A stretch of 64,000 nt of DNA, from the IMG/VR virus record IMGVR_UViG_2881717282_000001, positions 1-64,000 of that record; one strand, 5' to 3'. Shown here piece after piece: positions 20,409 through 30,727 of the stretch (position 1 is the first letter of the stretch; each line of letters starts with the position of its first letter). The notes beneath the pieces were generated by a model, which saw only the letters and a program-made list of their open reading frames with translations, ran no database searches and was not told the origin of the DNA. The stretch is from an uncultured virus (IMG/VR IMGVR_UViG_2881717282_000001). Lineage: Duplodnaviria; Heunggongvirae; Uroviricota; Caudoviricetes. The translations under genes and the position numbers were made by a program.

Positions 20409-20973
20409 GAATGTAAAAATGACAAATCCCATGAAGGTTATCACTGGTCCTAACACACGCTGGAGCTACGCCAACGTCTGGGAACCGAAATCAATCAACG
20501 GCGGCACTCCGAAGTACAGTGTCAGCCTGATTATCCCGAAGTCTGACACCAAGACTGTCGCTAAGATTGAAGCAGCTATCGAGGCAGCCTACCGTGAAGG
20601 CGAATCCAAGCTCAAGGGCAACGGCAAGTCTGTACCGGCGCTTTCCGTACTTAAGACTCCTCTTCGTGACGGAGACCTTGAGAGACCGGATGACCCTGCA
20701 TATGCTGGCAGCTACTTTGTAAATGCCAACGCCACTTCTGCTCCGGGCATCGTGGATGCAGACCGCAATCCTATCCTCACTCGTTCTGAGGTTTACTCCG
20801 GAGTCTACGGTCGTGCCAGCATCAGCTTCTATGCTTTCAACAGCTCTGGTAATAAGGGCATCGCCTGCGGCCTTAACAATCTGCAGAAGATTCGTGATGG
20901 CGAGCCTCTTGGCGGTAAGGCATCTGCTGAATCCGACTTTGCAACTGATGACGATGATGATTTCCTTGATTAA
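20401..20973 (+). CDS. DUF2815 single-stranded DNA-binding protein
   Basis: RWSYANVWEP, PLRDGD, VYSGVY, GLNNLQK, acidic tail. Confidence 0.85.
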   Translation: MSKNVKMTNPMKVITGPNTRWSYANVWEPKSINGGTPKYSVSLIIPKSDTKTVAKIEAAIEAAYREGESKLKGNGKSVPALSVLKTPLRDGDLERPDDPAYAGSYFVNANATSAPGIVDADRNPILTRSEVYSGVYGRASISFYAFNSSGNKGIACGLNNLQKIRDGEPLGGKASAESDFATDDDDDFLD

Positions 20974-20988
20974 TGGAGGTGACAAACT

Positions 20989-21177
20989 ATGGAGACAATC
21001 ATGATTAGTACGATTCTTGTAAACATCTGTATCGGCTGCTTCGCTTGTGTGGGACTTGCTACTGCGGTCTCTATCATTCAGAGCATCATCAATGACCACA
21101 AGCGTGAAAAGCGTGAACAGGAAAAGGACAAGCGTGACCTCGAATACCACGAGAAGCGCATGAGGGACTTTAAGTAA
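20989..21177 (+). CDS. Small membrane protein
   Basis: Hydrophobic N-half, charged tail, GGAGG RBS. Confidence 0.6.
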   Translation: METIMISTILVNICIGCFACVGLATAVSIIQSIINDHKREKREQEKDKRDLEYHEKRMRDFK

Positions 21178-21244
21178 TCTATCAACCCGATGGCGGTGGC
21201 CCCCACTGCCGCCATCGACATTTTTCGACAAAAGGAGACAATCT

Positions 21245-21430
21245 ATGAATGAATTTGTAGAAACATTGAATCTCTTTATTGGCAGTGTCATCGCCTATAC
21301 CTTTTTGGTAGCGGTATATGGTTTCATCATCTACAACGTAGGAAAAGTCATTCTCTACCTTATCCGCTATGCGGTATACCATATCCGCCGTGACATCAAT
21401 AAATACAAATCCAATAAAGATAAACAGTAA
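21245..21430 (+). CDS. Small membrane protein
   Basis: Hydrophobic segment, basic tail, AAGGAG RBS. Confidence 0.6.
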   Translation: MNEFVETLNLFIGSVIAYTFLVAVYGFIIYNVGKVILYLIRYAVYHIRRDINKYKSNKDKQ

Positions 21431-21434
21431 CACG

Positions 21435-21467
21435 GCAGGCGGCAGGGATTTCTCTGCTGCCTGTTTT
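21435..21467 (+). terminator. Intrinsic terminator-like hairpin
   Basis: GCAGGCGGCAG...CTGCTGCCTG followed by TTTT. Confidence 0.6.
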
Positions 21468-21484
21468 GTAGAAAGGACAACCTC

Positions 21485-23425
21485 ATGAAAACACTCAGTA
21501 TTGATATTGAGACCTACAGCGATGTGCCTCTTCAGAAGACCGGTGTCTATCGTTATGTAGAATCTCCCAATTTTGAAATCTTACTCTTTGCCTACAGTGT
21601 CGACAGCCAGCCCGTTCAGGTTATCGACCTCGCCTGTGGTGAACAGATTCCCAAAGATGTCCTTCTTGCCTTGGAGGATGAAACTGTCATCAAGTGGGCC
21701 TTCAACGCTACTTTTGAACGTATCTGCCTCTCTCGCTTCTTAGGTTATCCGACTGGAGAATATCTGGAGCCGGAAAGCTGGCGTTGCTCCATGATATGGG
21801 CTGCCACGATGGGACTCCCACTCTCCTTGGAAGGTGTCGGCGCTGTTCTGGGTCTGGAAAAGCAGAAGCTCTCAGAAGGAAAAGACCTCATCAAATACTT
21901 CTGCCAGCCTTGTGCTCCCACAAAAACCAATGGGCAGCGTACAAGAAATCGCCCTTCCCATGCTCCGGACAAATGGGCCATGTTCAAAAAATATAATATC
22001 CGTGATGTGGAGACCGAAATGGGTATCCAGCAGAGGCTTGCGAAGTTTCCAGTACCAGCTCAGGTCTGGGATGAATACCACATGGACCAAGAAATCAACG
22101 ACCGTGGTGTACGTTTGGATATGGAGCTTGTTGCTGCTGCCATCGAAATGGATACTCGCTCCAGAACGGAACTGACCGAAACCATGAAGAAAATCACGGA
22201 GCTGGAGAATCCTAACTCCGTCCAGCAGATGAAGGCTTGGCTTTCTGACAATGGTTTGGAAACAGATACTCTTGGCAAAAAGGCTGTGGCAGAGCTCCTA
22301 AAGTCTGCTCCTCCAAAGCTCTCACAGGTGCTTACTTTAAGACAGCAGCTGGCTAAGTCTTCCGTCCGTAAATATCAGGCGATGGAAAAGACCGTGTGCG
22401 CAGATGGTCGTGCTCGTGGCATGTTCCAGTTTTATGGTGCCAATCGAACCGGCAGATTCTCCGGTCGTAACATCCAGCTGCAGAACCTACCGCAAAACCA
22501 TCTTTCGGACCTTGCAGAGGCTCGTTCTCTGGTGCGCTCCGGCAACTTTGAAGCTGTGGAACTTCTCTACGAAGATGTGCCGGATACACTTTCCCAGCTC
22601 ATCCGTACCGCCTTTATTCCCAGAGAAGGCACTAAATTTCTTGTAGCTGACTTTTCTGCTATCGAAGCCCGTGTCATCGCATGGTTTGCCGGTGAAAAAT
22701 GGCGTCAAGAGGTCTTTGCCAAAGGCGGAGATATCTACTGTGCTTCTGCCAGCCAGATGTTCAAGGTCCCTGTCGAGAAGCACGGTATCAATGGTCACCT
22801 CAGACAAAAAGGCAAAATCGCTGAACTTGCCCTCGGTTACGGAGGCTCGGTCGGGGCCTTAAAAGCTATGGGAGCATTGGATATGGGGCTCACTGATGAG
22901 GAACTCCCACCACTGGTCGATGCATGGAGGCAGTCCAACCCGAACATCGTTAAATTCTGGTGGGATGTGGACCGAGCTGTCATGGAAGCCGTAAAGTTCA
23001 AGCACACCACTTCCGACTATGGTCTGACCTTCTCCTGCAGGAGTGGTATGCTCTTTATCACTCTCCCGTCGGGAAGAAAGCTCGCATATGTGAAACCGAA
23101 GATTGGAACAAATAAGTTCGGTGGTCAGTGTATTACCTATGAAGGTGTCGGCGGCACCAAGAAGTGGGAGCGTCTCGATTCCTATGGTCCGAAATTTGTC
23201 GAGAACATCGTGCAGGCAACGGCCCGTGATATTCTCTGCTATGCCATGCAGACACTCCGCTGCTGCTCCATTGTCATGCACATCCACGATGAAGTGGTCA
23301 TTGAAGCAGGCCCTCTCATGTCCTTGGATGCGGTCTGTGAACAAATGGGCCGTACTCCACCTTGGGCCAAGGGGCTACTTTTAAGAGCCGATGGCTATGC
23401 GACACCTTTTTATAAAAAAGATTAA
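21485..23425 (+). CDS. Phage family A DNA polymerase
   Basis: DIETYS exonuclease, RTGRFS, QLQNLP, DFSAIEARV, GKIAELALGYG, HIHDE. Confidence 0.93.
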   Translation: MKTLSIDIETYSDVPLQKTGVYRYVESPNFEILLFAYSVDSQPVQVIDLACGEQIPKDVLLALEDETVIKWAFNATFERICLSRFLGYPTGEYLEPESWRCSMIWAATMGLPLSLEGVGAVLGLEKQKLSEGKDLIKYFCQPCAPTKTNGQRTRNRPSHAPDKWAMFKKYNIRDVETEMGIQQRLAKFPVPAQVWDEYHMDQEINDRGVRLDMELVAAAIEMDTRSRTELTETMKKITELENPNSVQQMKAWLSDNGLETDTLGKKAVAELLKSAPPKLSQVLTLRQQLAKSSVRKYQAMEKTVCADGRARGMFQFYGANRTGRFSGRNIQLQNLPQNHLSDLAEARSLVRSGNFEAVELLYEDVPDTLSQLIRTAFIPREGTKFLVADFSAIEARVIAWFAGEKWRQEVFAKGGDIYCASASQMFKVPVEKHGINGHLRQKGKIAELALGYGGSVGALKAMGALDMGLTDEELPPLVDAWRQSNPNIVKFWWDVDRAVMEAVKFKHTTSDYGLTFSCRSGMLFITLPSGRKLAYVKPKIGTNKFGGQCITYEGVGGTKKWERLDSYGPKFVENIVQATARDILCYAMQTLRCCSIVMHIHDEVVIEAGPLMSLDAVCEQMGRTPPWAKGLLLRADGYATPFYKKD

Positions 23426-23516
23426 ATATATGTGGCTCAAATTAGGCGTTCACCTCCATTGGATATTAGAGGTGGACGTCCTTTTTATATGTCCATCCGG
23501 AAAGGAGGAACCTGAC

Positions 23517-23936
23517 GTGTCAATCAGCAAATACAACAGCGAAGGATATTCTGACCCTACTGCTTACGGCGCTCTTTGCTCTATCGAGAGTGAGACCCGT
23601 GCACTGCGTGCTTTCAGACCAATCGTATATATCTGCTCTCCCTTTGCCGGAGACACCGAAAAGAACGTAGCTGCTGCCAGAGCCTACAGCCGCTTTGCAG
23701 TGGAACAAGGATACATCCCCATCGCACCACACCTGCTGTTTCCACAGTTTTTGAATGATACCGACCCGAAGGAACGTGAACTTGGTCTTTTCTTCGGAAA
23801 TGCCATCATGAGCAAATGTTCTGAGGTCTGGGTCTTTGGAAGTCATATCTCTTCCGGCATGGAAGCAGAAATCAAACGAGCCAAGTGGAAGAATTACCGC
23901 CTGCGCTATTTCACTGAGAATCTTGAGGAGGTTTAA
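23517..23936 (+). CDS. DUF4406/nucleoside deoxyribosyltransferase-like protein
   Basis: VYICSPFAGD, PIAPHL, CSEVWVFG, SSGMEAE. Confidence 0.7.
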   Translation: MSISKYNSEGYSDPTAYGALCSIESETRALRAFRPIVYICSPFAGDTEKNVAAARAYSRFAVEQGYIPIAPHLLFPQFLNDTDPKERELGLFFGNAIMSKCSEVWVFGSHISSGMEAEIKRAKWKNYRLRYFTENLEEV

Positions 23937-23939
23937 CAC

Positions 23940-24269
23940 ATGTACGAAGTAAAAGAAAATTCAAGAATATTAAAAGACGGAACCGAAATCACGACCTATA
24001 GCAGAGATGTCGTCAGCTGCAACATTTTAGAGGTCGAAGCAGGAACCACCGGCTATCGTGGTGGTGATACCGGTCATGGTGGTCGCACCTATTTCCGTAT
24101 TCAGGATGCAGCCTGTACGGACATGGAAATCCATAGCTATACTACTCGCTGCGGCAGTAACGGTTTTGAGGTTTGCCTCGGTGGTGACTGCGAGCTGGAG
24201 ACTATGATTCGAGCTTTGAAATTTATCACCAAGGTTCTGGAAGAGGAATCCAAGGAGGTGTATGACTAA
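23940..24269 (+). CDS. Hypothetical phage protein
   Basis: Closely packed ORF with GAGGAGG RBS. Confidence 0.7.
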   Translation: MYEVKENSRILKDGTEITTYSRDVVSCNILEVEAGTTGYRGGDTGHGGRTYFRIQDAACTDMEIHSYTTRCGSNGFEVCLGGDCELETMIRALKFITKVLEEESKEVYD

Positions 24270-26542
24270 TGTTCACCATTTATTCTGCGGACGTTACCGG
24301 TAATCCCGGTAACTGCTCCTATCCGCATAAGCATGTCATCTTAGATGAGGACAGTCTGAAAGCTGCCATCTGCCATGACTATGTCTGCGCCGAATATAAA
24401 AACAGCTACCGCAATGGTGATAACTTTATCGGCAGCGACTGCCTTCCTGTAGATTGCGATAACGACCACTCTGAGAATCCGGATGACTGGGTCACTCCCG
24501 ACGATATCATGCAGGCCTTTCCGGGTGTCAGCTTTGCTATCCACTATAGCCGCTACAACAACCGTGAGAAAAACGGAAAGGCTGCAAGACCAAAGTTCCA
24601 TGTCCTATTCCCAATCGAATATGTATCCGATGCCTCTCTTTACAGCGATATGAAGAAGCTGGTCAATTCCATCTTCCCATATTTCGATACGCAGGCACTG
24701 GATGCCGCACGATTCTTCTTTGGAACGACTACAGCAGATGTCGCTCTCTATCCGGGCCGCATGAATCTGACTGAGTTCTTGGATGAGGACCTGTTTGATG
24801 AAGATTTACCGGACGGTCAATACGACGGTGCTGCTATTCCTGAAGGAAGCCGCAATGCCACCATGTCCCGTTTTGCCGGTCGTGTCATCAAAAAATACGG
24901 AGACAGCGACAAGGCATATCAGGCATTCATCGAAGAATCAGCAAAGTGCGTACCTCCGCTGGAGGCATCCGAGCTTGCTACCATCTGGCACAGTGCCCAG
25001 CGCTTTTATGCAAGACTCTCCCAGCAGGATGGCTACATTGCACCGGAAGTATATAACGACCCTTCCTGTTACAAACCGGGAGACTTCTCCGATGTTGGAC
25101 AGGCTGAGGTGTTAGCCAAATACTTCTCCGGCGAGCTCCGCTATTCTCCGGCCACCCACTTCATCCGATACTCTGACCATTACTGGCAGGAATCCGAACC
25201 GGGTGCGCAGGCAGCGGCTCACGAACTTACAAGAAGACAGCTGAAGGAAGCTGGCAATGATATGCTCGAAGCACTCGATAAGCTGAAGAACTCCGGCGCA
25301 CAGTCTCTGCTTGATTCCATGACAAAGAACAAGGCAGAGCAGTTGATGAACGAGGACCAGCTGGAAGCCTATCAGGAATTTCTGGCTGCAAAGGCATATC
25401 AGCAGTTTTCTGTAAAGCGCAGGGATTCCAAGAACATTACTTCTACGCTGAAGGAATCTCGCCCGATGCTGGAAATCTCGCCTCGTGACCTTGATGCTGA
25501 TTGCTTTGCTATGTGTACACCGGAAGCAACTTATGACCTGCGTAAAGGAATGGCCGGTGCCAGAGAACACCTGCCGGAGGATTTCATTACCAAAATCACA
25601 TCGGTGTCACCGAACTACAAGGGCCAGCAGATTTGGCTGGACTGCCTTGACCTCATCTTTCAGGGTAATCAGGAACTCATCGATTATGTTCAGATGATTT
25701 GTGGTCTGGCTGCTATCGGCAAGGTCTATGTGGAAGCACTCATCATTGCCTACGGTGATGGACGCAATGGTAAGTCCACCTTCTGGAATGCTATCTCCAG
25801 AGTGCTCGGTCTTTACTCCGGTAACATTTCTGCAGATACGCTCACTGTCGGATGCCGAAGAAACATCAAGCCGGAAATGGCTGAGGTCAAAGGTAAAAGA
25901 CTCCTCATTGCAGCCGAGATGCAGGAAGGTGCTCGTCTGAACGATTCCACCGTCAAGCAGCTCTGCTCCACTGATGATGTCTTTGCAGAAAAGAAATACA
26001 AGGACCCGTTCTCCTTCAAGCCTTGCCACACACTGGTGCTTTACACCAATCATCTGCCCCGTGTCTCCGCATCCGATGATGGCATTTGGAGACGACTCAT
26101 CGTCATCCCGTTCAATGCCAAGATTACCGGCAGCAGCGACATCAAAAATTATAGTGAGTACCTTTACGACAACGCTGGCGGCAGCATTTTGGCGTGGGTC
26201 ATCGAAGGTGCCAAGAAGGTCATCGAGTCTGATTACCAGATTCCCGTGCCGGACCTAGTGCAGAAAGCCATTGATGAATACCGTAGCCAGAACGACTGGT
26301 TCGGTCACTTCCTTGCAGATAAATGTGAGGTCGACCCGTCTTATAAAGAAAGCTCCTCTTCTCTTTATCAGGCGTACCGCAACTATTCTCTGGACTGCAA
26401 CGAGTATGTGCGCAGTACCGCTGACTTCTACTTTGCTCTGGAGAAGGCTGGCTTTGAGCGAATCACCGTGAGCAGAAAGCGTTACTTTAAGGGTCTGCGC
26501 TTACGTGAGGACACTGGTGCAGACGAGGATTTTATGAATTAA
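24269..26542 (+). CDS. P4-family primase / D5 SF3 helicase
   Basis: DCDND and RPKFH primase motifs, EGSRN (PriCT), GDGRNGKST, LYTNHLP, WRRL. Confidence 0.9.
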   Translation: MFTIYSADVTGNPGNCSYPHKHVILDEDSLKAAICHDYVCAEYKNSYRNGDNFIGSDCLPVDCDNDHSENPDDWVTPDDIMQAFPGVSFAIHYSRYNNREKNGKAARPKFHVLFPIEYVSDASLYSDMKKLVNSIFPYFDTQALDAARFFFGTTTADVALYPGRMNLTEFLDEDLFDEDLPDGQYDGAAIPEGSRNATMSRFAGRVIKKYGDSDKAYQAFIEESAKCVPPLEASELATIWHSAQRFYARLSQQDGYIAPEVYNDPSCYKPGDFSDVGQAEVLAKYFSGELRYSPATHFIRYSDHYWQESEPGAQAAAHELTRRQLKEAGNDMLEALDKLKNSGAQSLLDSMTKNKAEQLMNEDQLEAYQEFLAAKAYQQFSVKRRDSKNITSTLKESRPMLEISPRDLDADCFAMCTPEATYDLRKGMAGAREHLPEDFITKITSVSPNYKGQQIWLDCLDLIFQGNQELIDYVQMICGLAAIGKVYVEALIIAYGDGRNGKSTFWNAISRVLGLYSGNISADTLTVGCRRNIKPEMAEVKGKRLLIAAEMQEGARLNDSTVKQLCSTDDVFAEKKYKDPFSFKPCHTLVLYTNHLPRVSASDDGIWRRLIVIPFNAKITGSSDIKNYSEYLYDNAGGSILAWVIEGAKKVIESDYQIPVPDLVQKAIDEYRSQNDWFGHFLADKCEVDPSYKESSSSLYQAYRNYSLDCNEYVRSTADFYFALEKAGFERITVSRKRYFKGLRLREDTGADEDFMN

Positions 26543-26554
26543 GGCCATAAATGA

Positions 26555-26645
26555 CAAGGTGTATCAATGTGTTATATAAAACTTTTCTTAGGCCTATAAA
26601 AATATCAATAAGAAAAAGTATGGAAAATACCATTGATACACCTTG
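26555..26645. repeat. 15-bp perfect inverted repeat around AT-rich core; candidate phage origin
   Basis: CAAGGTGTATCAATG (26555) / CATTGATACACCTTG (26631). Confidence 0.65.
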
Positions 26646-26681
26646 CACCTCTTCAAATTAACGGCCTGATGGAGGACAAGT

Positions 26682-26963
26682 ATGTTAGAAAAAACGATAG
26701 AAAAGAAATTGACAACCGCAGTAAAAAAGGCTGGTGGTATCGCACCGAAGTTCGTGTCTCCTTCTTTCGCAGGGATGCCCGACCGCCTTATCTTATTACC
26801 TGATGGGAAGTTTGCCTTTGCAGAATTAAAGGCACCAGGAGAATCCCCACGCCCATTGCAAAAAGCACGTCACAGGCTCCTTCGCTCTCTGGGCTTTCGT
26901 GTGTATGTGATTGACAGCATAGAGCAGATTGGAGGGATGATTGATGAACTTCGCACCTCATGA
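26682..26963 (+). CDS. VRR-NUC nuclease
   Basis: EKTIE, GMPDRL, ELKAPG..PRPLQ. Confidence 0.88.
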   Translation: MLEKTIEKKLTTAVKKAGGIAPKFVSPSFAGMPDRLILLPDGKFAFAELKAPGESPRPLQKARHRLLRSLGFRVYVIDSIEQIGGMIDELRTS

Positions 26964-28287
26964 TTATCAGGCCTACGCCATCGATTATATTGAGACACAT
27001 CCTGTGGCAGCAGTCCTGCTCGATATGGGTCTTGGAAAGACGGTCATCTCCCTGACTGCCATCGCAGACCTTCTATTCGACAGCTTTGAGGCCCATCGCA
27101 TTCTGGTAGTCGCCCCACTTCGAGTTGCCAGAGATACATGGCCTGCAGAAATCAGAAAATGGCAGCACCTAAAATCTCTGACCTTCGCCGTCTGTGTGGG
27201 GACACCAAAAGAGCGAAAAGCAGCTTTGATGGCAGGTGCAGACATCACCATCATCAACAGAGAAAACCTGCAATGGCTCATTGAGTCCAGCGGCTTTCCC
27301 TTTGACTACGATATGGTGGTCATCGACGAGCTCTCATCCTTCAAGAATCACAATTCTAAGAGGTTCAAGTCCCTGTTGAAGGTAAGACCAAGCGTCAAGC
27401 GTATCATCGGTCTGACCGGAACCCCCTCTTCCAACGGTCTGATGGATTTATGGGCCGAGTTCCGACTGCTGGATTTAGGAAAACGCCTCGGACGCTTCAT
27501 TACAGAGTACCGAAACAACTACTTTGTGCCGGACAAGAGGAATGGCCAAATTATCTATTCCTATAATCCGCAGCCTTATGCTGAAGAACGCATCTATAGC
27601 CAGATTTCTGATATCACCATCTCCATGAAATCAACAGACCACCTGAAGATGCCAGAGCTCATCTCCTCCGAATATGAGGTCCATTTATCCGATGATGAAG
27701 TGACCCGATACGAGGACTTGAAGCAGGAGCTGGTGCTGGAGCTCCCTGATGGAGAAATTACTGCTGCCAATGCTGCTTCTCTCACCGGAAAGTTATCCCA
27801 GCTTGCCAACGGAGCTATTTATTCGGATACCGGTGACACCATTGAGTTCCACGACAGAAAACTGGATGCTCTGGAGGATATCATCGAATCCGCAAACGGC
27901 AAACCGGTCCTTGTGGCTTATTGGTTCAAGCACGACCTCTCCCGTATCAAGAAACGCTTTGATGTGAGAGAAATAAAATCCAGCAAGGACATCACCGACT
28001 GGAATGCCGGAAAGATACCGGTAGCAGTCATCCACCCAGCCTCTGCCGGTCATGGACTTAACCTGCAGGCTGGTGGTTCCACCCTCATCTGGTTCGGGCT
28101 GACATGGTCACTGGAATTGTATCAGCAGACCAACGCCCGTCTCTGGAGACAGGGCCAGACTTCCGGAACCGTGGTAATAGAACACATCATCACAAAAGGA
28201 ACCATTGATGAGCGCATCTTAAAGGCTCTCTCCAAAAAGGAGCTGACCCAGAACGCCCTTATCGATGCAGTAAAAGCAAACCTATGA
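26944..28287 (+). CDS. SNF2-family helicase
   Basis: DMGLGKT, IDELS, LTGTP, GHGLNLQ, QTNARLWRQGQ. Confidence 0.9.
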   Translation: MNFAPHDYQAYAIDYIETHPVAAVLLDMGLGKTVISLTAIADLLFDSFEAHRILVVAPLRVARDTWPAEIRKWQHLKSLTFAVCVGTPKERKAALMAGADITIINRENLQWLIESSGFPFDYDMVVIDELSSFKNHNSKRFKSLLKVRPSVKRIIGLTGTPSSNGLMDLWAEFRLLDLGKRLGRFITEYRNNYFVPDKRNGQIIYSYNPQPYAEERIYSQISDITISMKSTDHLKMPELISSEYEVHLSDDEVTRYEDLKQELVLELPDGEITAANAASLTGKLSQLANGAIYSDTGDTIEFHDRKLDALEDIIESANGKPVLVAYWFKHDLSRIKKRFDVREIKSSKDITDWNAGKIPVAVIHPASAGHGLNLQAGGSTLIWFGLTWSLELYQQTNARLWRQGQTSGTVVIEHIITKGTIDERILKALSKKELTQNALIDAVKANL

Positions 28288-28356
28288 CAATCTTCGACAA
28301 AATACGACAATCCGTGCCAATCCGAGGGAAATCTATTTTTTCGGAGGTACCAATCA

Positions 28357-28791
28357 ATGACTGCAAAAGAATACTTATCTCAAGCACGCTACTTGGATAA
28401 TAGAATCAAAAGCAAACTGTTACAGATAGATTCCTTAAATGAATTAGCTACCCGTTGCACACCGTCCTACTCCGATATGCCAAAGAGCCCTAACCGTGAA
28501 GGCTCTCGAATGGAATCCGCCATTCTTGACATCATCGAGCTGGAGGATGAAATCAGTAAAGACGTCGTAGAACTTGTGGCATTAAAGAAGGAAATCGTAG
28601 AGGTTATCAAACAGGTCGGCAATACCGAATACCAGACCTTACTTGAGGAACGCTACCTCTGCTTTATCACATGGGAGCAGATTGCTGTTGATATGGGATA
28701 CGAGCTTCGTTATATCCACAAACTTCATGGAAAGGCACTGGAAGAAGTAAAAGTTCCGGCTTTCTATGAAGGTGGACATGAAATGACATAG
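28357..28791 (+). CDS. DUF1492 / RinA-ArpU-like late transcription activator
   Basis: MTAKEYLSQ, C-terminal HTH TWEQIAVDMGY; lies just before the packaging module. Confidence 0.75.
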   Translation: MTAKEYLSQARYLDNRIKSKLLQIDSLNELATRCTPSYSDMPKSPNREGSRMESAILDIIELEDEISKDVVELVALKKEIVEVIKQVGNTEYQTLLEERYLCFITWEQIAVDMGYELRYIHKLHGKALEEVKVPAFYEGGHEMT

Positions 28792-28905
28792 AAAGACACT
28801 AAGCTCTTCTGATATTATTATACTAGCGAAAGTGAGAATCGCAGAAAGCCTTGTGGGACGAGTCCTGCAGGGCTTTTCTTATACCCAAACGGAAGGAGGA
28901 ATACG

Positions 28906-29265
28906 ATGCCAAGAAAACCAAAACGTCCCTGCTCCTATCCCGGCTGCCCAAATCTGACAGACGGACGCTTCTGTCCGGAGCATGAAAAGAAGGAAGCCAA
29001 ACGCTACGAGAAGTACGACAGAGACCCGAATGCCAAGCGTCGCTACGGGCGTGCATGGAAACGTATCCGTGACAGCTATGCTGCTGCCCACCCTCTTTGT
29101 GAGAGGTGCCTTGAGAACGGTGTCTACACACCAACCGAGCAGATACACCATGTGAAGCCCCTCTCCCAAGGCGGCACGCACGATAGAGAGAACTTGATGG
29201 CTCTTTGCAAATCCTGCCATGCCAAGATTCATGCGGAACACGGCGACCGCTGGCACAACCGGTAG
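28906..29265 (+). CDS. Terminase-associated HNH endonuclease
   Basis: PLCERC, HHVKPLSQGG, NLMALCKSCH. Confidence 0.9.
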   Translation: MPRKPKRPCSYPGCPNLTDGRFCPEHEKKEAKRYEKYDRDPNAKRRYGRAWKRIRDSYAAAHPLCERCLENGVYTPTEQIHHVKPLSQGGTHDRENLMALCKSCHAKIHAEHGDRWHNR

Positions 29266-29350
29266 GGGCGGTCCACTTCTCTACGGTGAAGTCACCGGGG
29301 AACGGGCGTGGGGTCTCACGCACAAAGTCGCAATTTCAAACGGGGTATAT
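29260..29350. other. Candidate cos packaging site region
   Basis: GC-rich non-coding stretch between HNH and terS; positional inference only. Confidence 0.45.
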
Positions 29351-29376
29351 AGGCCCCTGAACTGGAGGTGTAAAAA

Positions 29377-29931
29377 ATGGCTAAGGACGGTACCAACCGT
29401 GGCGGCGCTCGTATCGGCGCTGGAGCCAAGAAAAAGCCCTTAGCTGAGAGAATCGCTGAGGGAAATCCGGGCAAACGTGAGTTGACTGTCATCGACTTTA
29501 CAGACAGCACCGTCGATTTAGAAGGTCAGCCGATGCCCAAACCATCCAAGATGCTATCTGCCAAGCAAAAGAACGGCAAAAAGCTCGTTGCTGCAGATGT
29601 CTACAAGAAAACATGGAACTGGCTGCATGAACGTGGCTGCGCTGCTCTCGTCTCTCCGGAGCTTTTAGAGCGCTATGCCATGAGTGTTGCTCGTTGGATT
29701 CAGTGTGAGGAAGCCATCACAGAGTTTGGATTCCTTGCCAAGCATCCGACGACCGGCAATGCCATCCAGTCTCCCTATGTGGCCATGAGTCAGAACTTCA
29801 TGAGCCAGACCAATCGTCTCTGGATGGAGATATACCAAATCGTAAAAGAAAATTGTGCCACTGAATATAACGGCGCTACTCCACAGGATGATGTGATGGA
29901 GCGTCTCCTACTGGCACGGAAAGGAAATTAA
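29377..29931 (+). CDS. terS: Terminase small subunit (P27 family)
   Basis: RGGARIGAG.KKK, GNPGKR, QSPYV. Confidence 0.8.
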   Translation: MAKDGTNRGGARIGAGAKKKPLAERIAEGNPGKRELTVIDFTDSTVDLEGQPMPKPSKMLSAKQKNGKKLVAADVYKKTWNWLHERGCAALVSPELLERYAMSVARWIQCEEAITEFGFLAKHPTTGNAIQSPYVAMSQNFMSQTNRLWMEIYQIVKENCATEYNGATPQDDVMERLLLARKGN

Positions 29932-29933
29932 CT

Positions 29934-30716
29934 ATGATTGAAAAAGTAAATCCAGCGCATCCGGATAAGATTGCAGACAGGATTGCCGGAGCCATCGTCG
30001 ACCTTGCTTATAAAACAGACGATGCTCCTAAAATCGCTGTTGAGGTTCTCATCGGACATGGCTATGGTCATGTCGTTATCGAAACCTCTGCTCCTATCGA
30101 TAAGACGGATGTCGCTTTTATCGTAGAGCGTCTTGCTCCCGGCATTCGTGTCTTCATTCAGATTGTTCCGCAGGATGCCCATCTTGCTAAGAATCAGGCC
30201 AAGGACATCCGCTGCGGTGATAACGGCATCTTCAAGGGCATGCCGCTTACAGAGGAACAGAAGGAAATCTCGAAGATTGCCAGAGAAATCTACAGCACCT
30301 ATCCCTTTGATGGAAAGTATATCCTCGACGAAGCAAGACTCATCCTCTGTCAGAGCCATGCAGCTACTTCGGAACTAAAACAGAAATATCCGCATGCTGA
30401 GGTAAATCCGCTCGGTGATTGGACTGGCGGCATTGATGTGGACAGCGGTGCTACCAACAGAAAGCTCGGAAGTGATATGGCTGACTCTGTTACTGGCGGT
30501 GGCCTTCATGGGAAGGACCTGTCAAAGGCAGATGTCACGCTCAACATCTACGCTTTCCTAAAAGCTCAGGAAACTGGACAGCCGGTAACCATCTGCTGCG
30601 CTATCGGTGATGACACGATTGATGGTCATCCCTACAGTGAGCTGGTGGCTATCGCTGCGGAATATATAAAATCCATCGGCGGATTTGAAAAGTTCGCTGA
30701 ATGGGGATTGTTCTAA
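29934..30716 (+). CDS. metK: Compact S-adenosylmethionine synthetase
   Basis: EKVNPAHPDKIADRI, GDNG, DGK, DSGATNRK, GGGLHGKDLSKAD. Confidence 0.85.
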   Translation: MIEKVNPAHPDKIADRIAGAIVDLAYKTDDAPKIAVEVLIGHGYGHVVIETSAPIDKTDVAFIVERLAPGIRVFIQIVPQDAHLAKNQAKDIRCGDNGIFKGMPLTEEQKEISKIAREIYSTYPFDGKYILDEARLILCQSHAATSELKQKYPHAEVNPLGDWTGGIDVDSGATNRKLGSDMADSVTGGGLHGKDLSKADVTLNIYAFLKAQETGQPVTICCAIGDDTIDGHPYSELVAIAAEYIKSIGGFEKFAEWGLF

Positions 30717-30727
30717 GGAGGAATACC

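Noticed and set aside
20491..21291. 266-aa antisense ORF
   Set aside because: Overlaps better-supported plus-strand genes
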